From contig CAYSVK010000003.1 in assembly GCA_964434455.1 (NCBI GenBank), forward strand, positions 240,248 to 304,247: 64,000 nt of DNA, given 5' to 3'. Numbering within the stretch: the first letter of the stretch is position 1; each line of letters opens with the position of its first letter. The notes beneath the pieces are model-generated. The model saw nothing but the letters and a program-made list of their open reading frames with translations, was not told the DNA's origin and did no database searches. The translations under genes were made by a program, and so were the position numbers. Of this stretch, positions 29,249-37,415 are shown piece by piece. Source of the stretch: an uncultured Ferrimicrobium sp. (GTDB lineage: Bacteria > Actinomycetota > Acidimicrobiia > Acidimicrobiales > RAAP-2).

Positions 29249-29513
29249 CGACAACTTCGATCTCGGCGACACTTCGATGAAATTCGTTGCGACGCGCGAT
29301 CAGGTGACGATTTACAACGAAGACGGAGCGATTGTGTCGTCGTATCAGCCAGACGCCGGTGCCCGCGTCTTGGTTCCGTGTCTCGGCGGACCTTCGACCA
29401 GTCGGCTAGCGACCTATCCGCCGCCGCTCGAAATCGATGTCGATGGCGGCACGTACGTCTTGGTGGACGACGGTCCGTTCTATGACTGGCGCTACGAGTT
29501 CGTACCGCGCTAG
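29241..29513 (+). CDS. Small hypothetical protein
   Basis: GTG overlapping the upstream stop; ends in a CTAG overlap with the NiCoT gene. Confidence 0.55.
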   Translation: MSDDNFDLGDTSMKFVATRDQVTIYNEDGAIVSSYQPDAGARVLVPCLGGPSTSRLATYPPPLEIDVDGGTYVLVDDGPFYDWRYEFVPR

Positions 29514-30721
29514 CTCGCCGCGGCCTCGTCGTGATCAATGGTGAAGGGCGCGTGCACCGCGCCCAGGGTGATGCCCGCAGAGTGCAAATCCAGAATGTCA
29601 CCGCGCGCGTGCTGGGCGGCCAGTGCGGCTCGCTCCCAGCGCTCTTCGACCTTGCCGAACTTCCACACTGAGAGCGCAATCGCCCAGACCGCCACGAAGA
29701 TGCCGACGATGATGAAGCCGGCGGAGTTGATGTTGAAATTGCGGGCGTAGCCGAACAGTCCGCCGCGCAAATGAAGTTGGGTCGTCACGACTTGGAGTAA
29801 CTCGAGCGTGCCGATGAACAGTGCGACGAAGACAGACAGACCCGTGATCGTGATGTTGTAAAAGACCTTGCGCAACGGCTTGGAGAACGCCCAGCCGTAC
29901 GCGAAGTTCATAAAGCTGCCATCGATCGTGTCCAACAAGCTCATGCCCGCGGCAAAGAGAATCGGCAGACTGAGCAGCGCCCAAAACGGCAGTCCGTTGG
30001 CCACGGCCGAGCCCGCGAGAACCAAGAACGCGACCTCGGTAAAGGTGTCAAAGCCGAGACCGAACAGCACGCCGACGGGATACAGCTTCCACGGAGCGTC
30101 AATGGAGCGGGTGAGGCGTCCAAAGAATCGCATCATGAATCCGCGGGCGTCTAAGTGCTTTTCGAGTTCGGAGTCGTCGTAGCGGCCCTGGCGCATCTCG
30201 AGAAAGACCTTCACAATCCCGATCAAGACGATGAGATTGAGAATGGCAATGACGTAAAGAAAGCTGCCCGACACAATGGTGCCGACGAGGTTGCCTACGC
30301 GGTGCAGCGGAGAGTTGGCGTTGCGGACCTGTCCGCCGAGGGCGCGCGCTCCGAGGCCCAGCAGGATCGTCATGACGAAGACGATTGAGGAATGTCCGAG
30401 CGAGAAGAAGAATCCGACCGACATCGGACGCTTGCCCTCCGACATGAACTTTCGCGTTGTGTTGTCGATTGCGGCGATGTGGTCGGCGTCAAAGGCGTGA
30501 CGCATGCCGAGTGTGTACGCGAGGACGCCCGTGCCCACGCCCAACGTGCTGACTTTGCCGATCATGTAGTGGCGACTGGCGGCGTAAAAGAGAATGCCAA
30601 AGCCCACGACGTGCAACAGCGCGATGAATCCGAACATCAAGTTCAAACGACGCCATTCGTCGCGCGAAAAACTGGCGCGCACGCGGGCCGCGACGGACGG
30701 ACGCTCAATGACGGTGGTCAC
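29510..30721 (-). CDS. HoxN/HupN/NixA (NiCoT) nickel/cobalt permease
   Basis: Signature RHAFDADHI, FSLGHSSIV, LGFDT; about 8 TM; TAAGGT -10 box 6 nt before GTG. Confidence 0.92.
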   Translation of the reverse strand: MTTVIERPSVAARVRASFSRDEWRRLNLMFGFIALLHVVGFGILFYAASRHYMIGKVSTLGVGTGVLAYTLGMRHAFDADHIAAIDNTTRKFMSEGKRPMSVGFFFSLGHSSIVFVMTILLGLGARALGGQVRNANSPLHRVGNLVGTIVSGSFLYVIAILNLIVLIGIVKVFLEMRQGRYDDSELEKHLDARGFMMRFFGRLTRSIDAPWKLYPVGVLFGLGFDTFTEVAFLVLAGSAVANGLPFWALLSLPILFAAGMSLLDTIDGSFMNFAYGWAFSKPLRKVFYNITITGLSVFVALFIGTLELLQVVTTQLHLRGGLFGYARNFNINSAGFIIVGIFVAVWAIALSVWKFGKVEERWERAALAAQHARGDILDLHSAGITLGAVHAPFTIDHDEAAAS

Positions 30722-30765
30722 GGGGTGACCTTAATAGGAGGTTGTTGCATTAGGCCGGGTACCCC

Positions 30766-31638
30766 CTACTGCACTCCTTCAATGGCCGCCTGCACCAAAA
30801 GGACGCGACGCGCCTCTTCGACGTGCAGATTTTCGATCATGCGCCCGTCAACAGTGACGACGCCGCGGCCGTCAGCGCGAGCTTCATCAAACACCGCAAT
30901 CACGCGGCGCGAGTACTCCACTTCGTCCACGCTCGGCGCGAACGCCGCGTTGCAAGGCTCAACCTGACTCGGGTGAATCAGTGTCTTGCCGTCAAATCCG
31001 AAAGCTCGTCCCTGCTCGCACTCTCGTTGGAATCCATCGGCATCGGAGATGTCGTTAAAGACGCCGTCGAGAATCGACTTGTCAGTGGCTCGGGCGGCTA
31101 GTACGCACCACGACAGTGAGGCGAGCAGCGGTGAACGATTGGCAACTCGCTGAGCATGTAGCTCTTTGATGAGGTCGTTGGTTCCCATCACCAGCGTGAC
31201 GAGCCGTTCGCTCGCCGCGCAGATCTCGTGGGCCGACAACACGGCGATGGGCGTTTCGAGCATCGCCCAGATCCGGGTGTGATCGGGTGCGCCAAAGCGC
31301 TCCAGCGCCGACTCCACCGCTCGCACGTCGTCAACCGAATTGATCTTGGGGACGACGACGGCATCGGGGCCAGCAGCGGAAATCGCTTTGAGGTCATCGT
31401 CGTGCCAAGCGGTTCCGATTCCGTTGGCCCGAATCGTTACCTCCTTGCCAGCGAACGTGTGAACAGCCGCGCAGGCCTGTTCGCGCGCGAGATCCTTCAT
31501 GTCGGGACTCACGGCGTCTTCCAGATCCAAAATCAAGGCATCAGCGGGTAGACCCTGCGCTTTTTCCAACGCCCGCGCGTTCGCGGCAGGCATATAGAGA
31601 ACCGACCGTCGCGGGCGAAACCCGCTGGAATGACTCAC
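30766..31638 (-). CDS. CitE-superfamily enzyme, Mcl2-like (3S)-malyl-CoA thioesterase
   Basis: RRSVLYMP, ALEKA, LDLEDAV, AMLETP, MGTNDL, GFDGKTLIHPSQ. Confidence 0.82.
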   Translation of the reverse strand: MSHSSGFRPRRSVLYMPAANARALEKAQGLPADALILDLEDAVSPDMKDLAREQACAAVHTFAGKEVTIRANGIGTAWHDDDLKAISAAGPDAVVVPKINSVDDVRAVESALERFGAPDHTRIWAMLETPIAVLSAHEICAASERLVTLVMGTNDLIKELHAQRVANRSPLLASLSWCVLAARATDKSILDGVFNDISDADGFQRECEQGRAFGFDGKTLIHPSQVEPCNAAFAPSVDEVEYSRRVIAVFDEARADGRGVVTVDGRMIENLHVEEARRVLLVQAAIEGVQ

Positions 31639-31640
31639 AA

Positions 31641-32693
31641 CTACGCCTCGGCGTACAACGCGGCGAGCTGCGGATCACGCTCGGCGAGCTCGTCAGCGAG
31701 CGCGAGCATCACTCGACACTGCTTGACCGACGCGTCATCTTCCATCTTGCCGTTGAGCATCACCGCTCCGGTGCCGTCACCCATGGCCGCGACGACTTGG
31801 CGCGCGTGAACGACGTCCTCACGTGACGGCGAAAATACCCGACGCGCAATCTCAATTTGACTGGGATGCAAGCTCCACGCGCCGACGCAGCCGAGCAGAA
31901 ACGCGTTGCGAAACTGGTCCTCACACGCGACGTGATCGGCGATATCGCCGAACGGTCCGTAGTAGGCGTAAATGCCGTTGGCCCGGCATGCGTCCACCAT
32001 TCGCGCAATCGTGTAGTGCCACAGGTCCTGTTGAAAGATCGCGCGCGGCGCATCAATCGCACCATCGACCGGATCTTCGCGCACCAGGTATCCGGGGTGT
32101 CCTCCGCCGACGCGCGTGGTTTTCATGCGTCGATTGGCGGCCAGGTCCGCGGGACCGAGGGAGAGTCCCTGCATGCGCGGAGACGCGGCGCAGATCTCCT
32201 CGACATTGGCGACACCGCGCGCCGTCTCCAAGATGGCGTGGACCAAAATCGGTCGACTAAGCCGGCTCTTTGCTTCCAGCTGAGCTAGCAGCCGATCCAC
32301 AAAGTGAATGTCCTCGGGCCCCTCAACTTTCGGAATCATGATCACGTCGAGGCGGTCGCCCACCTCAGTCACCGCGGTAACGAGATCGTCCAGACCCCAC
32401 GGTGAGTCAAGCGCGTTGACCCGCGTCCAGAACTGGGTGCGACCGAAGTCGTTTGACCGACCGACCTTTACGAGCCCGGCGCGAGCCGCTTCTTTGTCGG
32501 CCGCGGGAACACCGTCTTCAAGGTTGGCCAACAGCACGTCGACCTGGGGCACCAGCTCGGGCACCTTGTCGGCCATTTTCTGGTTGGAGGCCGGAAAGAA
32601 GTGGATCATTCGCGACGGGCGGAACGGAATCTCCATGAGCGGTGACGGGGCTCCGACCGCAAGGGGTCGAAAGAAGTCTTTGGGTGAACGCAC
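31641..32693 (-). CDS. mcl: Malyl-CoA/beta-methylmalyl-CoA lyase (Chloroflexus-type)
   Basis: [59 protein letters not shown] closely match the Chloroflexus MMC lyase as I recall it; GGGAGG RBS. Confidence 0.85.
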   Translation of the reverse strand: MRSPKDFFRPLAVGAPSPLMEIPFRPSRMIHFFPASNQKMADKVPELVPQVDVLLANLEDGVPAADKEAARAGLVKVGRSNDFGRTQFWTRVNALDSPWGLDDLVTAVTEVGDRLDVIMIPKVEGPEDIHFVDRLLAQLEAKSRLSRPILVHAILETARGVANVEEICAASPRMQGLSLGPADLAANRRMKTTRVGGGHPGYLVREDPVDGAIDAPRAIFQQDLWHYTIARMVDACRANGIYAYYGPFGDIADHVACEDQFRNAFLLGCVGAWSLHPSQIEIARRVFSPSREDVVHARQVVAAMGDGTGAVMLNGKMEDDASVKQCRVMLALADELAERDPQLAALYAEA

Positions 32694-32742
32694 CGGACCT
32701 CCCGTCAGGGCAACGGGGCCAGTGTACGAAAGGTGATGATGA

Positions 32743-32761
32743 ACTTTGGACGGTCCAAAGT
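32743..32761. promoter_or_regulatory. 19-bp palindrome ACTTTGGAC-G-GTCCAAAGT, candidate operator upstream of mcl
   Basis: Perfect 9-bp arms about 50 nt upstream of the mcl start, at the -35 position of a TACACT -10 box (32721-32726, - strand). Confidence 0.6.
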
Positions 32762-32763
32762 CG

Positions 32764-32941
32764 AGTTGGTTGAGACGTCAGCGAGTGCCAGTGACGGAGC
32801 GAACGACGCAGATCTCGCTCAATCACAGCCAGTCGGAACAATCCCTGACCTTGGATTATAGAAAAGTTATCTAGGATTTCATCAGGGAATACGTACGTTA
32901 GGACCTCTCCTCGGCGGTCAGAGGACCCGTCTCACCCCACT
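32764..32941 (+). ncRNA. Candidate structured leader RNA upstream of the NlpC/P60 gene (unassigned)
   Basis: 12/14-bp closing stem (32764-32777 with 32928-32941) enclosing three internal hairpins; found by eye. Confidence 0.3.
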
Positions 32942-32945
32942 AGGG

Positions 32946-34076
32946 TTGATCCCCGTGACCGACGTCGGGCGCCTTTGGCGCTCCTCGACGCCGCGGCCAA
33001 GCAGTGGGCGGAGAAACCATCGGTGGACCGTCGCTGCCGTCGCCGTTGTCGCAGTGTTCTTGAGCACTGTGACTCTCTCGTCACGTCCCAGCGCGGCCCT
33101 GACGTTGAAGGATGCCCGCCACCAAGCCGCGGTTCTGTACCGCCAGATGCAGAGCGCGGATCGCAAGGTGGCCCAGCTCGGCCAGCGCTACGACGAGGCC
33201 CAGATCCGCCTCCAAAACGTCCGCCACATGATCACCCACACCCGAGAGATCGTGGCCGCCGCCTCGGCCAAGGTCGCCACCGACCGCTCACAGCTCGAGC
33301 AGGTCGCGCTGCAGTACTACGTCAATAACGGCGCGGCCGCCTCGGCGAATCCCCTCTTTTCGAACAACGAGTCCTCGGTCGCGGCCGCCAACCTGTACCG
33401 CAAGCTGGCCGAAGGCAACCTCTCGGCCAGTGTGGCCAGCCTGCGCAATTCCTCGATCATTTTGACCAGCCAGCGCCAGATCCTGCGCGCCCAGCTGGCC
33501 GCCGCTGGTCAAGCCTCGCGGGCTGCCAACACCGCCCTGCGTGACGCCCAGCGCATCCAGTCCAACATCCACCGGGCGCTCGCCAACGTCTCCAGCGTGA
33601 TCTCGGGCTACATCGCTCGCGCGAAAGCGGCCGCCGAGGCGCGCGCCTTGGCCAACTGGCGCAAGCACCACCACGGTCAAACGCCGGGCCGCCACAACGG
33701 CTTCCCGTTGCCGCCGCCGAACTCGCGCGCCAACATCGCGGTGCGCGCGGCGTTGCACCTCCTCGGCGTGCCCTATGTCTGGGGCGGCGCGTCGCGCTAC
33801 GGCGTCGACTGTTCGGGTCTCGTCATGCTCGCCTGGGACGCAGCCGGCGTCTCGCTGCCGCACTTCTCGGGCGCCCAGTACAACGACACGATCCGCATTC
33901 CGCTGTGGGCTCTTCGACCCGGCGATCTTCTGTTTTACGGGTGGCACGGCGACGAGCACGTGACGATGTACATCGGGCACGGCGAGATGGTCGAAGCGCC
34001 CTACACCGGTCAAGTGGTGCACATCACTCCGGTGCGCCTCGACTACGGATTCGCGGGGGCCGGCCGGGTCCGCTGA
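32946..34076 (+). CDS. Secreted coiled-coil NlpC/P60 peptidoglycan endopeptidase (RipA/PcsB-like)
   Basis: Signal peptide, long coiled coil, LGVPYVWGG, DCSGL, HVTMYIG, EAP; start may be GTG 32955. Confidence 0.9.
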   Translation: MIPVTDVGRLWRSSTPRPSSGRRNHRWTVAAVAVVAVFLSTVTLSSRPSAALTLKDARHQAAVLYRQMQSADRKVAQLGQRYDEAQIRLQNVRHMITHTREIVAAASAKVATDRSQLEQVALQYYVNNGAAASANPLFSNNESSVAAANLYRKLAEGNLSASVASLRNSSIILTSQRQILRAQLAAAGQASRAANTALRDAQRIQSNIHRALANVSSVISGYIARAKAAAEARALANWRKHHHGQTPGRHNGFPLPPPNSRANIAVRAALHLLGVPYVWGGASRYGVDCSGLVMLAWDAAGVSLPHFSGAQYNDTIRIPLWALRPGDLLFYGWHGDEHVTMYIGHGEMVEAPYTGQVVHITPVRLDYGFAGAGRVR

Positions 34077-34077
34077 C

Positions 34078-34857
34078 GTGAGGCCTGTTCCGACCTCGTT
34101 TCACCTCGGTCCCCTCGTCCTTCATACCTACGGTCTCGGCCTCGCCGTCGCGGCGTACATCGCCTTTCTTTACGGCGAGCGGCGTTGGATCGCTCGAGGG
34201 CTGTCAAAGATTCACTTCGGCGCGTTCGCGGCGACGATGATCGTGCTCGGAGTGATCGGTGCGCGCATCGCACACGTCGCCACCAACTGGAGTCACTACT
34301 CGCACCACCTGGGCGACACCGTGGCGCTCTGGCAGGGCGGTCTCGCGAGTTTCGGCGGCATCGCCCTCGCCGCCCCCGTTGGCTACCTGCTCGTGCGACG
34401 TTGGTGGCCCGACGTTCCCGTCCTCACGATGGCGGACGCTGTGATCCCGGCGCTCGTGGCCGGTTGGGCTCTCGGTCGACTCCTCGGTCCACAGTTCATG
34501 TGGCAAGGCGGAGGGCATCTCACGCACCAATGGTTCGGATTGCGCTACGCCGGTCAGGTGGGCAAGCGCGTCCCGGTGCCCCTCATTCAGGCGCTCGAAG
34601 ACGGCGCGCTGTGGCTCTCCTTGATAGTGCTCGAGCGACGCACGACCTGGCGCGACCTTCGCGGGTCAATCACGGCGACGGCGCTGATCGTGTGGGGTGT
34701 CGTGCGCTCCATCGATGAGCGCTTGTTGCTCGGTCAGCAGGGCCACGCCGGCTCAGTGGGCGTGCAGCTGGCCGGAGTGGCTCTCGCGATACTCGGAGTC
34801 ATCATCGGCGCGCGAGTCGCAGTCCGAGCGCGAGCAAGTGGGAAACTGACCACATGA
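34078..34857 (+). CDS. Prolipoprotein diacylglyceryl transferase (Lgt) family protein, divergent
   Basis: LHTYGL, GARIAHV, WQGGLASFGG, LGRL, RSIDE; multi-TM. Confidence 0.72.
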   Translation: MRPVPTSFHLGPLVLHTYGLGLAVAAYIAFLYGERRWIARGLSKIHFGAFAATMIVLGVIGARIAHVATNWSHYSHHLGDTVALWQGGLASFGGIALAAPVGYLLVRRWWPDVPVLTMADAVIPALVAGWALGRLLGPQFMWQGGGHLTHQWFGLRYAGQVGKRVPVPLIQALEDGALWLSLIVLERRTTWRDLRGSITATALIVWGVVRSIDERLLLGQQGHAGSVGVQLAGVALAILGVIIGARVAVRARASGKLTT

Positions 34858-36437
34858 ACTCCGAGCGCGCCTCGGGGTGGGCGCGCTCGCTACGAGATCG
34901 GCGCGAGCGACCCTTCGTGTGGGGAGTGATCGCACTCACAGTGCTCGGTGCGTGGGCGCGCGTTGGTGGACTCAGTCGAGGTTCCCTGTTCCGTGATGAC
35001 GCCTGGGTGGCCCTCACTCGCAAGGTTCCCTGGCACGTCGCGTGGCACATGGTGGGAACCGCACCAGGCTTTGTCCTCTTTGAAAAGGTGTGGGTCTCCT
35101 TCACCGCGCCGAGTACTTGGTGGGCCCAGATCCCGACGCTCGTGGCGTCGATTGTGGCAATCCCGGTCGTGGCGATGGTCGCGCGCTACTTCGGACTGGG
35201 TCGGTGGGCATCACTGCTCGCGTGCTCGTTCATCGTGATCAGCCGAATGGACGTGCAGTACGCGACACATCTCAAGCCGTACGCCCATGATCTCGTGGCC
35301 GGAGCGGTCCTGCTCGCCGCCGCCAAGTGGGCCGATGACGGGCGCTCGGCGTGGCCGTTTGCGACATTGGCGGTGCTCTGCGCGGCAACCTCATTTACGG
35401 TGTTGCCGCTGGTGGCGGGATGCGGACTCGTACTCGCGTGGCGTGCCGCGCGCCGGCGCGACCTTCGGCGTTTCGTGCTGCCGGGCGCGGTCACGCTTGC
35501 GCCGCTGATTGTTTTGTACCTCGCCGTGCGTTCAGGAATCTCGCCGCGGCTACGACAGTCCTGGCAGTCAAATTTCGTCTCGTATCACTCACTGCACGGT
35601 TTCGCACACTCGATCCGCTCGATTGTCAGCGGCGTCGTGTGGGGATTCGCCGATACGACGCCTCACTGGCACGTCCCAGGATTCTCGAAACTCCTCATCG
35701 CGGGCGTGGTTGTCTCGGTCTTGATCGCTGTTTGTCGACGTCGCGAGATGGCTCTGGTGTGGGGAGCACTCGGCGGCGGCGTGTTCGCGGCGGTCGCTCA
35801 CCTCTCCCCGCTTGGCACGGGTCGCACCGACGCCTATCTCTACCCCGCTCTCGCCCTGCTCGTCGCCTCCGGTGTTGAAGCCGCCGTGACGTGGGTGCGC
35901 AGTCGTCGCCAAGAAGTCGCCACCGCACTTACTGCGCTCATCGCCGTCGCCGTGCTCTTCACCGTTGCTGATCGAGTCACACACCGATTCAGCTACCCCG
36001 GCGGGCAGTTCTCACTCGTTGCTGAAGCTGCCGCGAAGACTCTCAATCAGGGAGGTGGCGTTCTGGTGGAGGGCACTGCGCGCTGGCCGTGGACGTACTA
36101 CGAGATCGCCCATCCGCGTCTGGTGTTCTCGCACGCGTACAACACCGGATTCGCCCCGCGGAGCGACGACGCGCGGGTGGTCGTCATGCCTGGCACCACC
36201 ATCGAGGGCGGGTACAACGCGTCCGGCGCCGTCGCGAAGTTGTCGAATTTTTCAACGGTGCTCTACGTGCGCACTGACGACTGGCCCGGACTCGGTGATC
36301 CCCTCGCCGCGGCTTTCACCTCGGCCTGCTTTGCTTCAGTGGCTCACCGACACGTGCCGGGATTCCTGCTCGAAACTCTGGCCCAGCGTCGACCGTGTCA
36401 CTCCCCTACAGCAGTGAATTCCACTCGTCGTCATTGA
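34854..36437 (+). CDS. Polytopic membrane protein, probable GT-C glycosyltransferase
   Basis: About 10-11 TM; acidic FRDDAW in the first loop; KPYAHD; extracellular C-terminal domain. Confidence 0.6.
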   Translation: MNSERASGWARSLRDRRERPFVWGVIALTVLGAWARVGGLSRGSLFRDDAWVALTRKVPWHVAWHMVGTAPGFVLFEKVWVSFTAPSTWWAQIPTLVASIVAIPVVAMVARYFGLGRWASLLACSFIVISRMDVQYATHLKPYAHDLVAGAVLLAAAKWADDGRSAWPFATLAVLCAATSFTVLPLVAGCGLVLAWRAARRRDLRRFVLPGAVTLAPLIVLYLAVRSGISPRLRQSWQSNFVSYHSLHGFAHSIRSIVSGVVWGFADTTPHWHVPGFSKLLIAGVVVSVLIAVCRRREMALVWGALGGGVFAAVAHLSPLGTGRTDAYLYPALALLVASGVEAAVTWVRSRRQEVATALTALIAVAVLFTVADRVTHRFSYPGGQFSLVAEAAAKTLNQGGGVLVEGTARWPWTYYEIAHPRLVFSHAYNTGFAPRSDDARVVVMPGTTIEGGYNASGAVAKLSNFSTVLYVRTDDWPGLGDPLAAAFTSACFASVAHRHVPGFLLETLAQRRPCHSPTAVNSTRRH

Positions 36438-37383
36438 GCCGGCCCACCCGCGGCAGCGGAGTTGGGACCGCGACGAACACGCGGTCCGGACCAAGAAAGC
36501 TCTCGTGAGCCAGTCCCACTCGGTGCCACGATCGAATCGGTCGACGGGCGTGGCCGGCGTTCGTAAAGATCGGTCGCACCAACAACTCCGTCGCTGACGC
36601 GGCCACCACTAACGCGGGACGAACTTTTGACGTGACGGCCAACTCCGCGGGATTGGCCGCATCAAACTCAATTTCGACCGACACGATCTCACCGACCAGA
36701 GGGTGTTCCACGCTGACGCGAGCCGACTCCAGCGGCGTCAGGATCGCCCGTCGGCGATCCAACTTCAGCGGAGTGGCCCGAATTGGCGTACCCGGATCAC
36801 TCGAAGCGGCGACGCGAATTCGGCGATGCGTTGGTGCAGCGGGACGGCTCTTGGCGCGACTTTGTTGTTGTTCCGCGCGACGCTGACGGCGTCGTTCCTT
36901 GACGTCCTCATCAGGTCCGCTGCGACTGACGGACGGCGCGGCCGTCTCTATTACCGGGAGCGCCCAGACATCTCGTTCCTCGAGAAGTCGAAGACAGTGA
37001 GGCGCCGCGGGCACGTTCGCCGCCGCCGCACTCGCCAACATGACGGCGACCAGACGCGGATTACGGCCTTCTTCGAGCATCGCATCGATGGCGTGCACCA
37101 GTTGTTCGTACGTGGGCTTCGCCGAATGTTCTCCGAGCAACTCGACGCATCGATCAAGTTCCCCCTGCGACACCAACTCGGCCATCGTGCGGACCACGGC
37201 GGGTGGCGCGAGGGCCGCGAAGCGATCCGCCCGTCGAGTACTGCGCACCGAGGCGATCGTGGTGCGGGCGATTCCGGTGACGCCCGACTTCGCTGACAGA
37301 TCAACGTCGTCAACGACCGCGAGAAGTTGTTCGGGCACCGCCGTCAAGGATCGTCGAACGAACGAGAGGGGATTCTGTGACAT
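36406..37383 (-). CDS. Hypothetical protein with C-terminal PemK/MazF-like domain
   Basis: C-terminus VGEIVSVEIEF...SKVRPALVV...LVRPI...WHRVGL...RVGRLNDDEW. Confidence 0.6.
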   Translation of the reverse strand: MSQNPLSFVRRSLTAVPEQLLAVVDDVDLSAKSGVTGIARTTIASVRSTRRADRFAALAPPAVVRTMAELVSQGELDRCVELLGEHSAKPTYEQLVHAIDAMLEEGRNPRLVAVMLASAAAANVPAAPHCLRLLEERDVWALPVIETAAPSVSRSGPDEDVKERRRQRRAEQQQSRAKSRPAAPTHRRIRVAASSDPGTPIRATPLKLDRRRAILTPLESARVSVEHPLVGEIVSVEIEFDAANPAELAVTSKVRPALVVAASATELLVRPIFTNAGHARRPIRSWHRVGLAHESFLGPDRVFVAVPTPLPRVGRLNDDEWNSLL

Positions 37384-37415
37384 TGATCAGAAAATCGCGG
37401 CTGAGCCGCGACGAC

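Noticed and set aside
30722-30765. Cobalamin riboswitch upstream of the NiCoT gene
   Set aside because: A 44-bp gap is too short and has no B12-box
31641-32693. Autotrophic 3-hydroxypropionate bicycle inferred from the Chloroflexus-type Mcl
   Set aside because: No malonyl-CoA reductase or propionyl-CoA synthase in the window; the neighbours fit the ethylmalonyl-CoA route better
32694-32945. c-di-AMP (ydaO) riboswitch before the NlpC/P60 gene
   Set aside because: The consensus blocks (GCNNAAU, GGGGGACC, GGGGUGAA, CCCGAA-CCGUCAGCUAACC) are not present in order on either strand
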